This document shows positions 49,913 to 61,900 of a stretch of DNA of 64,000 nucleotides, in pieces (the stretch's first letter is position 1; each line of letters starts with the position of its first letter). The stretch comes from Klebsormidium nitens (lineage: Eukaryota > Plantae > Klebsormidiophyceae), in the NCBI GenBank assembly GCA_000708835.1, contig DF237031.1, forward strand, positions 1 to 64,000, in the 5' to 3' direction. Made by a program: the position numbers and the translations under genes. A model generated the notes under the pieces. That model made no database searches. It saw nothing but the letters and a program-made list of their open reading frames with translations, and was not told the origin of the DNA.

Positions 49913-52900
49913 TTAATTTAGCGCTGTCCTTCGAGACACACTCGAGCTTTGCTCCGGAGGCGCACCTGCTACCTGAGGGGCCGGCGCTTGACTCGCGGCC
50001 GCCCCCGCTTCCACAGCAAAAGCACCCCCCGCTTGCGTCAGCAAACTAAGGTTTATATTGAGGCTCGCTACGAAGCCGCCCAAGTCTCTTAGGCCCTCCT
50101 CCCACGAAAACATGTCCCCTGCGAATCTTATAATCAGGTAGTATAGCGCGCTGTTTTGCAGGAACGCCTGAGCCGGTCGAAGCAAGTACCTGGTACCGGT
50201 CCATACGCACTGCTGAAGAACCACAGCGCTTATATACGCTTTCAGCACGTCGTTCTCATGCCCTTTCCCCACGTTCGTATACAGCTTGACCGAGAAGATT
50301 GCGATAACCACCGTGCAGGCCGCGAAAAAGAGCCCCGCAATCGCATACGCGCTCCCCACGAGCCGATTGTGCTTCTTGCGCGCGCTCTCCACGTCAGCAG
50401 CGAGGACGTCTCCTTCGTCCGCCACGGGGCGGTTGCTGAGAAGGGCACGTGGCGAGGAGGGCTCCGCGGGCGCGACCGCGTTCCGCCCCTTCCGGCTCTT
50501 CGGGTGCTGCTCCATCTGGGGGGGTGGAAGGGGCACGGGGCGAGGGGGGGTGCGAGAGAAGAGCCCAACGAGGGTTCGCTTGATGAACGGAAAGTAGCCC
50601 TCCCATGCCCACCTGTATCGAGACACGAATTTTGAGAAGGGCCGCCTTCTTGAATTGCTTGTTTGCGGTCACTCCTCGCAATCAGCCCATTTCCTTTTCC
50701 TATCGATGGCGTCTGATTGTGTGAAGTGCGCCTGCGGTTCCACTTTCGTCAACGATCGATACCGTGGAAATGCCTAGGTGAGCTTCGTCTATCTTTGCCA
50801 GACTACGGAAGGCTTCTTCTTTGATCAGCTTCTGGTAGCGGCCTCAGAGTTGAAACGATTTCATGTTGGAAAATTTGGACAGACAACCAGAACTATCCAT
50901 TGACTGCACCTTACAGCGTACTTCCACTAGACGTTTCACCGCGTAGAAGGGACTTGAAACAGAAGTTCGCGCCCGATGGAGCGCACAAAAGGTCCGGCAA
51001 AACAGCCATCTTCCAAGGCGTGCGCATGACGTAAACCCTAGTAGCTTGCTAGAAGTCGTTCTCTAATGTTTTCGTTATTTATGTGCCATTTGTTTGTGGT
51101 TTCATTCATTCCCGTCACTGTTTCTGAGGGAAAAAAGAAAAAAAGCAAATCCTCGAGCTATGAATCTTCTGTTGGAATTCAAAAGAAGTGCACGCGTTCT
51201 TTGACTATTCAACGATGGCCCAGACAAAAACCGAGTAGAGACACGCCGCAAGTCTGAACGGGATCCGAGCGGATTCAGGAAGCTAGCTAATGTATTCTCG
51301 GAAGACCCACCTTTCCAAAAGAACGTGGCTCGATATGCTGGCTTTGAACAGCCAGAACATCACGATCTGAACCGGGAGCAGCAGAAGAAAACTGATGAGC
51401 GCCATCCACAGACTACTGGCGGTGCTCCCGTTGGGGAACGCCGTACACGTGGCAGCATCGTAGCCGCTCAACATGTCGGCCAACGGCCCACAGCCGAGCT
51501 CCGTCTGGCCGGCGACGCAGGGCGGAATGTAAGCCGTTGATTTGCAGCCCAGGCCGCACAATCCGACGGTCTGGGTCGCGTTGAACGCGCCGCCGCAGAG
51601 GGACGTCTTCAGGTTGTCGCAGCACTTGATCGTGCGGCTGTAGTGCATCCACGTGTTGATCATCAGGCTGCCCAGCCAGACGCAGCAGATGCGGACGACG
51701 AAACCTGGCCGTTGGATCAGCGCGGAGAGCCATCGCTCGGTGGAGATGAAGACCGCGATCAGCTTCCGACGCGCGAGAACGTTCCACGTGCCCTTCAAAG
51801 TAATCGTGCGGATCTGCCACAAGAGGCGGGAGCCTTCCTTGCGGAGATGCCGGAAGACTGTGGCGGCGTCGACGGACTGCAGAACGGAGGATTTGGACTG
51901 TTAAGCTGCTTGATTCAATCGCCTGGTTGCGACGTCTTAAATTGAAAAGCCTCAGAAAGATGGGACTGGTCAAGTCAGCTCTGCGAGGCAGGAGATTGAT
52001 GTGTCTGACGGAGACATGAGCCTCGAGACACTGCTTCGAATCAGGGGTGTGTGAGCCTTGTGTTTACGTACGGTATTTTCGTGGAGAACAGCTCGTATGA
52101 CAGATATCCGCGCCGCAATGTGTTCACAGCCCATTAGTAAGACCGAACGCACGCTAGCTCCACCAGATGTTGCTCGAAGTGCGAGCTTTGCGGCCGCAGT
52201 AGGAACGATTGCTGAGTTTTCTTTTTCGATGATGTTCTGAAGCAAAAGCTGTTCAACGGAGTTCAACAGATCAAACGGATATACTTGTAAACCAAAACCG
52301 GGATTCATCTTTTAGTCGTTGACGGGAGATAACCACCAAAAAAAGTATCGTCTTATTTCACAAGATTCTTGATTCTGGTGGACTTCAGAGAGCTCGGGCA
52401 GACAGGAACCACTCAAGTCATCGTGGGCCGTTTTAGATTGGAGTAATTTAGAAACCCCTTGACGACTTCTGACATCTTTGCTAGTCCCACAGCTAAGTGA
52501 GTACTGCCCTCGTCTCGTGCCATCCCACGGCATCCCACTTCGCCTGTTGCGGACTGACGCTTCCTTCAAGCATCTCGACTGTCTCTCCTCGCTGACGTCA
52601 CCCCCTCACCTTCATGACGTCCTGCAGCGCCTGCTTCAGCTGCTCCTCCCACTGGTCCAGCACCTTGTCCGCGTCGCTGAGCCACGTGTCAATCAGGGAC
52701 TCGTCACTGACCACGTCATCCAGCCAGGCACGTGCCGAGTGAAAGACTGCCCGGGGGTTGCCGTCCCCGCCGTCCAAACTTCGGAGCCACGTCTCCGTTT
52801 GCCGCCGGGTGAAAGCGCACTGCGGAAACGGTCGTTAAAGGTCAGCATATTTGACTTTCCGCTCGTTCTAGTTCGGCCCCCACCGTCCAGGCTCCGGAGC

Positions 52901-55900
52901 CACGTCTCGGTTTGCCGCCGGTTGAAAGCGCACTGCGAAAATGCTCGGTAACAGCCTGAGTCAGCAGACTCGAAAATTTTCAGGCAGAAACAATGAACGG
53001 AATCAAGGAAAAGAATGGAATTCATGACACACTGCCCCGCAAGACCGTCGCCCACAACCTTCCCGCAGGATTCGATTTTTCCGCTTAAGCCGCTTCTTGC
53101 AAGTTGACTTTCAAAGACCCTGGCGGAACAGCCGGCTTTCCGCTTGGAGTGACCGGCCGGAACGCACGCGCGGAACGAGCAGAATTTCGATGGAGGAGCA
53201 CTCACCCCCAAGACTGTCGCCCAGAATTTGCCGGCGAAGATCGACTGCTCCGCTTCCGCCACTTTCGCCGACACGAATCCCAGAATAACCTGAGGAATGG
53301 GCTGGCCTTCCGCGTAACGGAAACCTGATGGAACAAACGGACGGATCCAATAGAAAGCAACGGAAAGAGAAGAAAACTCACCCCCAAGACCGTGGCCCAC
53401 ACTTTGGCGGCGAAGATCGACTGCTCCGCTTCCGCCACTTTCGCCGAGACGAATCCCAGAATACCCTGAGGAACAGGCTGGCCTTCCGCGTAACGGAAAC
53501 CTGACGGAATAAACGGACGGATCGAATGGAAGTGAACGGAAGGAAGAAATGACTCACCCCCAAGACCGTCGCCCAGACTTTGGCGGCGAAGATCGACTGC
53601 TCCGCTTGCGCCACTTTCGCCGACACGAATCCCAAAATGCCCTGGGGAATAGGCTGGTTTTCCGCCCAATTGCGCAGGGACTCGGGCGTTTTTTGGGCGA
53701 CCGCAACGGTGGCGTTCTCGAACAGCTCGTTGTTGATGCGGCCCGAGTTATCCTCAACGACCTCCGCCTGGCAAAAAAGGTACACGCATTATTTCTCTTG
53801 GCAAAGGTATGAATGTAGGCATGCGTGGGTGCTTTTAAATCAGCTCTTTTATTCGATGGCTGCAGTCAATCAGCTCGAGGAATCGATTAAGAGGCTAGCG
53901 TATCGCCATTGTTTGGGACGATATCCAGCGTTGACTATTGGCACAAATCAATCTTAGGCGTCTCTCCCTTTCCACTTAGCCTTTCAGCTTGAACAGAAGA
54001 AATGTCGACGCGCACGTTGATCGCCAAAGTTCGTCCTGAGTGCGAAATAGAGCACGTCTGACACATTTACGAATATTTAGATCCTTTCGCGCTATTCGGG
54101 TTAACCACTCGTCAATTCTAGCCTCGCTACCCATAATACGCCAAACAGCAAGCACCTCCAAATATAGCGTCTCACCGGTTCTGGGCTCTCGGCCTCGCTA
54201 GTCCGCCGGTTCTCCAGCATCGTAATCTTCTTGAGCCACCAGCGCGGTCGCATGGACGTCCGCGGCGCGAGGTTCGCGCGGTACAGGCACAGAAGCGACA
54301 TTCCACTGTGGACGTCCGAAAGGCGCGAGATCTGCTCGTTGATGTGCCGGCTGCCGGGCTTCTTGTAGACCTTCTTGTCGAGCAGGTTCTGATGGTGGGG
54401 AAGATCCAGAGATCTGCTCGTTGATGTGCCGGCTGCCGGGCTTCTTGTAGACCTTCTTGTCGAGCAGGTTCTGATGGTGGGGAAGATCCAGCACCTGCAA
54501 TTTTGAGGGGTTTGTTTGTTGAGAGTCGGAAAATGTTTCCAGAAGCAGCGACATGCCGCCGTGGACGTCCGAAATGCGCGAGATCTGCTCGTTCATGTGC
54601 CGACTACCAGGTTTCTTGTAGACCTTCTTGTCGAGCAGGTTCTGGTGGTGGGGGAGATCCAGAACCTGCAGTTTTAGGGTTCCGTCATATCAGTTCCAAT
54701 AAAAGTCGGGCCGGTTTTAGAAAGCAGTGACATGCCGCCATGAGAGTGCGAGACGCCCACAATCTGCTCGTTGATGTGCCGGCTGCCGGGCTTCTTGTAG
54801 ACCTTCTTGTCGAGCAGATTCTGATGGTGCGGAAGATCCAGCACCTGCGTTCGTTTTGAAATGTGCGGAGGTTCAGGTCTGTTTCGAAAGCGGTGACAAG
54901 CTGCCGTGAACGTCCGATATGCGTAGAATTTGTTCGTTGATGTGCCGGCTGCCGGGCTTCTTGTAGTTTTGGTGGTGCGGAAGATCCAGCACCTGCGGTT
55001 ACCAGGGGTTTCAGCTCGTAAGTCACAAGATTTCAAATCTGTGTCAAAATCATGCTGCCGTGGACGTCCGAGAGGCAAGAGATCTGCTCGTTGATGTGCC
55101 GGCTGCCGGGCTTCTTGTAGACCTTCTTGTCGAGCAGGTTCTGGTGGTGCGGAAGATCCAGCACCTGTGAGGATACCAGGAGTCCATTGAACCTCACATG
55201 TTGTAAAGGTTGAAGATCTGCATAAGCAAGATAGGAAAACGCACCGTATTGAACTGCACGCCCACTCTCCCGGTCGACCGTTCCACCCGCCACGCCAGAT
55301 AGTCGAACAGATCTTTCATGTCGTGCAAAAGCTGGACGTGCGCGCTGCGCGCGGTGGCGATGGGCGTGGTTTGGTTTCGGTCCAGGAAGATGTTGATGTC
55401 TTCCTCGCCGCGCCGCTCCCGGAAACGAATTCCGGCCACAACAGCATTGGCAGCAGCTGTAAGAAAAGGATCACGGTCTTACTTTCATACGCGGGGAGAA
55501 TCAGAAATAGGGCTGTTTCTGGTGCTGGTTCAAAGGTATTCTTTTGTCTTTTCCGCCCCGCCGCTTGCGGAAAATTATACCGGCCACAACAGCATTGGCA
55601 GCGGGTGCAGGGAATAATATCTTGCTTCACTATCAAATCTATCAGGGAGTGTAGACAAAATGAGTTTNNNNNNNNNNNNNNNNNNNNNNNNNNNNNNNNN
55701 NNNNNNNNNNNNNNNNNNNNNNNNNNNNNNNNNNNNNNNNNNNNNNNNNNNNNNNNNNNNNNNNNNNNNNNNNNNNNNNNNNNNNNNNNNNNNNNNNNNN
55801 NNNNNNNNNNNNNNNNNNNNNNNNNNNNNNNNNNNNNNNNNNNNNNNNNNNNNNNNNNNNNNNNNNNNNNNNNNNNNNNNNNNNNNNNNNNNNNNNNNNN

Positions 55901-58900
55901 NNNNNNNNNNNNNNNNNNNNNNNNNNNNNNNNNNNNNNNNNNNNNNNNNNNNNNNNNNNNNNNNNNNNNNNNNNNNNNNNNNNNNNNNNNNNNNNNNNNN
56001 NNNNNNNNNNNNNNNNNNNNNNNNNNNNNNNNNNNNNNNNNNNNNNNNNNNNNNNNNNNNNNNNNNNNNNNNNNNNNNNNNNNNNNNNNNNNNNNNNNNN
56101 NNNNNNNNNNNNNNNNNNNNNNNNNNNNNNNNNNNNNNNNNNNNNNNNNNNNNNNNNNNNNNNNNNNNNNNNNNNNNNNNNNNNNNNNNNNNNNNNNNNN
56201 NNNNNNNNNNNNNNNNNNNNNNNNNNNNNNNNNNNNNNNNNNNNNNNNNNNNNNNNNNNNNNNNNNNNNNNNNNNNNNNNNNNNNNNNNNNNNNNNNNNN
56301 NNNNNNNNNNNNNNNNNNNNNNNNNNNNNNNNNNNNNNNNNNNNNNNNNNNNNNNNNNNNNNNNNNNNNNNNNNNNNNNNNNNNNNNNNNNNNNNNNNNN
56401 NNNNNNNNNNNNNNNNNNNNNNNNNGGCTTCTTCGCCCCGCCGCTCGCGGACACGTTTACCGGCCACGACGGCGTTGGCAGCAGCTGCGGGGTACGATAT
56501 AAAGCTCAAAATCAGTGCCAGACATAGACTTTGATTCAAGCGTCATTGTCAAGAAGAGAAATTGTAATGCCTTCTTCTTGTTCGGGTCCGGGAGGATCTT
56601 GATGTCTTCCTCGCCGCGCCGCTCTCAGCGGCGTACACCGGCGACAACGGCATTGGCAGCGGCTGCAACAATGAAGCAGATCTTTATCACGATATTGAAT
56701 TCCATCAGGGAGAGAAATAGGGATTCTCTTCTAGTTTCAGTCCAGAGATATGTTGATGTCTTCTTCGCCGCGCCGCTCGCGGAAGCGGATACCCGCGACG
56801 ACAGCATTGGCAGCGGCTGGGGAAGTGAAACAGAAGGCGTAATCAGTACATTATAGGATCGGGAGATGATAGAGAAGATCAATTCGTCTTAGATCGGTCC
56901 AGAAAGATGTTAATGCTTTCCTCGCCCCCGCCGCTCGCGAGATTGTATACTGGCCACTACGGAATGGGCAGCGGCTGCAGCGAAGAAAACGAATTCCTGA
57001 CTACCATATCAAATCCTATCAGGGAGAGGGAAACGCTGAGTTTCTTCTGCATCCGGTCCTTCGGTCCATGAAGATGTTGTCTTCTTTGCCCCGCCGCTCC
57101 CGGAAACGCTTACCGGCCACGCATCATTGGCGGCGGCTGCGGGGAAAGCACTCTTCTTTTCATTACCTCTTAGAATTGAAAGACAATTGGATCGTTCGAC
57201 TCCGGTACTGGAAAAATCTGATGTCTTCTTTGCCCCGCCGCTCCCGGGGTTATTGCGCCCACAACGGTGGAAGCGGCCAAGGGAGGGAGAAATAAATTCT
57301 CACTTTGGTATCCTTTCAGGATTTCTTTTGTTTCTCGTCATCAGTGGAACGAGTCACGGATATTTCAATAAGGCAGCTTTTCTATGGACTCTCATCCCCG
57401 ACAAGATAGGTCGTAAAACGGCTTTGGTGGTGGTCTCGGGGTTCGATGGGCTTCCTAAAAAACGTGGAGTCTCCGATGTGCGAAGCCCCAATCAAAAATG
57501 AATCAGGAAAAACACCCCTAATAACCAACGTTTAATCCTTTTGAATAGACCTCCTTCCGGAAATTGCAATCGAAGTAGAGGATGGTTCTCACCCGTCATC
57601 ATTGACTGCTTCGGTTCCGCTGGTTCCGGTTCCGCTGACTTCGGGGACTGCGCGAGAAGATTCTTCCCGGAGGACTCCGCCCGGGGGGTGTCTTGTAAAC
57701 GCTCCGGCGCCTTGAGGGAGGGGCCCCCGGCGCGTCTTTGCTGGTGCGCGAGCTGCGCGGCGAAATCCAGGTCGTCGATTCCTGAAAGAAGACATCGAGA
57801 CCGTTGATTCTATGGCTTTGAAGCTTTCTAAGAACCTCAAGGAGAACGACCGGAGTGGGAGTTTCTGCTGCTGGTGTGCGATCTGAGCGGCGAAGTCCAG
57901 GTCGTCGATTCCTGAGAAACAGGATCGTAAGGGTTAACATATGTGCTTGAATTGTTTTTATGTCCTCGAGGCAGCGGATCGAAGTTCCCCGGCTAGTAGC
58001 AAACTAAGCGGGCGACTCTCCAGGAACGCTGGTTTCTACTTTCCTGAAGGTGCATTCGAAACGGACCGCCTCAAAGTTTCCCTCGTATTCCTCTCAAACA
58101 TAACGGACGGATCGGACTCGAGGGAACGGATTGCTCTCCGATCGAAATGAACTAAGAGGATCTCTCATCTGGCGCCCCCAATGCGCGCGGAGAGTGGAGG
58201 TCGTACTATACGGGTCTATGCACGTTTCATCAAGAGGAAGTTATATAACAACGGGCCGAGGTGCTGTGACCGACTGTACTTGAAACAGAGCAAAATGAAG
58301 GAAAGAGAAACGGAAGAGTAGCGAACGAGCGAACCTAGCGCTCGCAGCGTGCGCGCACAGATGGTGTGGAAGCCGTAGCTTTTAGTCTGTGCTTATTAGC
58401 TCAATAGGTGTATCTTGAGAAGCACGGCCCGAGGTGCTGTTACCAACTGTACTTGGGTGAATGAGAAAGAGGAAACGAACTCTCAGTGCGCGCCCAAGTT
58501 CAAAGTGCACGTCGTTACCTAGTTTTTTGCGCGTATTCCTTGAAAGGGGCTTTGACCATTTACTGGGCAAGTTGCTGTGACCGACGCTTTGCAAAATACT
58601 GGACCGGATCGCACGGACAAACGATGGAACGTAAGGAACGGAGTGAGCTAAGGAACATGCTCACCTGACGCTCTCAGTATCCGCGCAAACTTCGAGTCGT
58701 TTAGGTCATCTGCTTCTTTCATCCAGAGCGTCTTTTACCAACTACGGGCCGCGGTACTACGACGCGCTCTGGTTAGATGAGTGGATTGGACGAAAACCAG
58801 ATGTAGCAGACGCTCTCACCTGGCGCATTCAGTGCGCGCGGGAAGTCCGAGTGCAGGTCGCAGCTTCCGGGGTGTCTGCTTGTTTCTCTATACTGGATGA

Positions 58901-61900
58901 TTTCTGCAACGGGCTGTGTACCGTGGCCGGATCTATTTAGATGAATGGAACGAAGTGAACGAACGGAACGGACGGAACGACGGAAGCAACTGGCTTACCT
59001 GGCCGTGGCAGTGCGCGCGCAAGGTCCGAGTGGAGGTCGTAGCTTCCGTCTTTCTCCGAATGTTTCCAAGCGTGCGTATTTCTAACGGCCGGGGATCTGC
59101 GACCAACTAAATCTGGACGGATTAAACCGATTNNNNNNNNNNNNNNNNNNNNNNNNNNNNNNNNNNNNNNNNNNNNNNNNNNNNNNNNNNNNNNNNNNNN
59201 NNNNNNNNNNNNNNNNNNNNNNNNNNNNNNNNNNNNNNNNNNNNNNNNNNNNNNNNNNNNNNNNNNNNNNNNNNNNNNNNNNNNNNNNNNNNNNNNNNNN
59301 NNNNNNNNNNNNNNNNNNNNNNNNNNNNNNNNNNNNNNNNNNNNNNNNNNNNNNNNNNNNNNNNNNNNNNNNNNNNNNNNNNNNNNNNNNNNNNNNNNNN
59401 NNNNNNNNNNNNNNNNNNNNNNNNNNNNNNNNNNNNNNNNNNNNNNNNNNNNNNNNNNNNNNNNNNNNNNNNNNNNNNNNNNNNNNNNNNNNNNNNNNNN
59501 NNNNNNNNNNNNNNNNNNNNNNNNNNNNNNNNNNNNNNNNNNNNNNNNNNNNNNNNNNNNNNNNNNNNNNNNNNNNNNNNNNNNNNNNNNNNNNNNNNNN
59601 NNNNNNNNNNNNNNNNNNNNNNNNNNNNNNNNNNNNNNNNNNNNNNNNNNNNNNNNNNNNNNNNNNNNNNNNNNNNNNNNNNNNNNNNNNNNNNNNNNNN
59701 NNNNNNNNNNNNNNNNNNNNNNNNNNNNNNNNNNNNNNNNNNNNNNNNNNNNNNNNNNNNNNNNNNNNNNNNNNNNNNNNNNNNNNNNNNNNNNNNNNNN
59801 NNNNNNNNNNNNNNNNNNNNNNNNNNNNNNNNNNNNNNNGAACGGACGGAACGGACGGTGAGAAGAAGCTCACCTGGCGCTCTCAGTGCGCGCGCGAAGT
59901 CCGAGTGCAGGTCATAGCTGCCGTCTCTCTGCTGTAGCAGAACCAGCCGCCAAATCTGTGCCCGCCGTCTCCACCCCCGCCGGTTCAGGTTGTTCCACAT
60001 CATCACCTTCAGCTTCTCCATGTATGCGCGGAAGTCAACTAGGAGAGCGTGCTGCCGGGCCATGCTGAAAGCAGACCCTGCCCCCGCTTGTACCTGGACA
60101 CGATTATACAAGAAATATTAATAAGCTTTACCCTATCGACGGTGTTGATTGTTCCACATCATCACCTTCAGCTTCTCCATGTAAGCGCGGAAGTCAACTA
60201 GGAGAGCGTGCTGTCGGGCCAGGCTGAAAGCGGAGCCCGCCCCCGCTTTCACCTGGGCACGGAAAGTCGACGATCCTTAATAAGCTTCCGTTTGAATCCG
60301 GTTTCGAAGAGCTACATCTTTCCAGTCAAGAACCTCGACCTTTTCGATACGAGCCGGAGAGGTCCACACGGAAGCCTGCTATCGCGCCAGGTAACAGCCG
60401 ACCCGCCCGCGCTTTCACCTTGGGGAGTGAGTAAAGAAGTTCCGATAAGCTCTAGCTGAAAGGGGTACCAAGGAGTCACACTTTCCAGCCAACTTTGTCT
60501 GCTCGAAAGGGGCCTGGGAAAAATTATAAGCCCTGCAAGGTCGGCGTTCCCGAGTGCACAGAATAATGAGACAACAAGGCCTCTCAGTTTTTTTCCTTCT
60601 CTAGTATCGTGTGAAGCTCCCCCAATAATGTGCACACACACATCCACACACCTCGCTTGTGTCCCCAGCGACAAGCAGCCCCTGCTGCTGGAAGTACGCC
60701 GCCGCCAGGCTGACGTAGTTGGCGCACTCCGCTGACGTCAGCACCCCCCACGCGTCCAGGTATCCCAGCACGAGGGCGGTACCCACGAACCGGGACACCA
60801 CGCTCTCGCCAACTATCGCCGGTTCCTCAATACCCATCGGTTCGGTCCCGGGCGCTGGAACCGGGGGATCCCTCTCGGGAGTTGACGTGCCGCTCGGACT
60901 GCCGGGGGCGCTCACTCGTCCGCCCAGTTGAGCAGGCGGAGTGACCGGTGCGTTGACACGTGTGACTGACGTCCGCTTTTGACCGCTGGGTGGCGTCATC
61001 CGGTCGGTTTGCGCGCGCGCTTTACCTCCCGGGGGAGTCAACCGGTCACTCGAGGGCAAAACCGTAACCGGGGGTTCCTCTTCCAGGGCGGAAGGGGCTC
61101 GTGACGTGGAGAAAGGGAACGGGGACCGGCGGGCCGGGGTGTTGGGCTCGTGGGTTATGAAGGTATAAGTGGGCAGCGCAGTGCATAAGCGGGAGTATAA
61201 GATGCCGAGCTTGCCGGCGAGGAGGGGGGCGGGGCCGGGGAATGCGTCCGCGTCGTTGACTTGGCCGTCGCCATTCATGTCCTCGGCGCCGGTGTACCTT
61301 CACCAGTCGAGATAAAAGTCAAGAAAGATAACATAATAAGCCGACAATAATAAGCATCGACTAACACTAAAAACCCTAACCCAAAAAGGTACCTGCTCCG
61401 CACCCGTACCCAACCACCAAACCTACCTAGTGCTGTTAAAATATCATTATCTCGGCCCATTTTCAAACTTTCTCGAGTTTAATCCAGTCAAGAGTTGGTT
61501 CTGAGTCAAGAGTGCATGAGTGTTATACGGTGCAACGACTTGTCGTAATCTTCCTACCCCGCTCCACTTCGCTCCGCGAGGCATACGGATTTCAAAGCAG
61601 ATTTTGCAACAGACCCAATTTCAGGAATGCATTGGGTCCACTCTCAAAACAGTCCTGTCCGGGATATGAATACATTTCAAAACGCTCAGAACTTTTGAGT
61701 TCGAAAGAAAGATTCAGGCGGCAATACCGACGGAGCGGCTCAGACGTTACACTTTTGGCAAGCCAGATTGTACGCGTCACAATATGGGACTTGCAGACAG
61801 AGGAGAGGCCAACAAGAGAGATCCATCTGGCCCTTTCAAGTCATATGCATATAAACGCAATCCCCCGTGCATCAGCAATCTGTTAACAAAGACAATTGCC

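Noticed and set aside
53200-53500. Mutually exclusive exon cluster
   Set aside because: The copies contain only the 3' part of the exon and lack their own acceptors. Most echoes elsewhere are similarly one-sided and decaying.
55316-60111. Long ORFs containing X runs in the ORF track
   Set aside because: They are artefacts of translating through N gaps.
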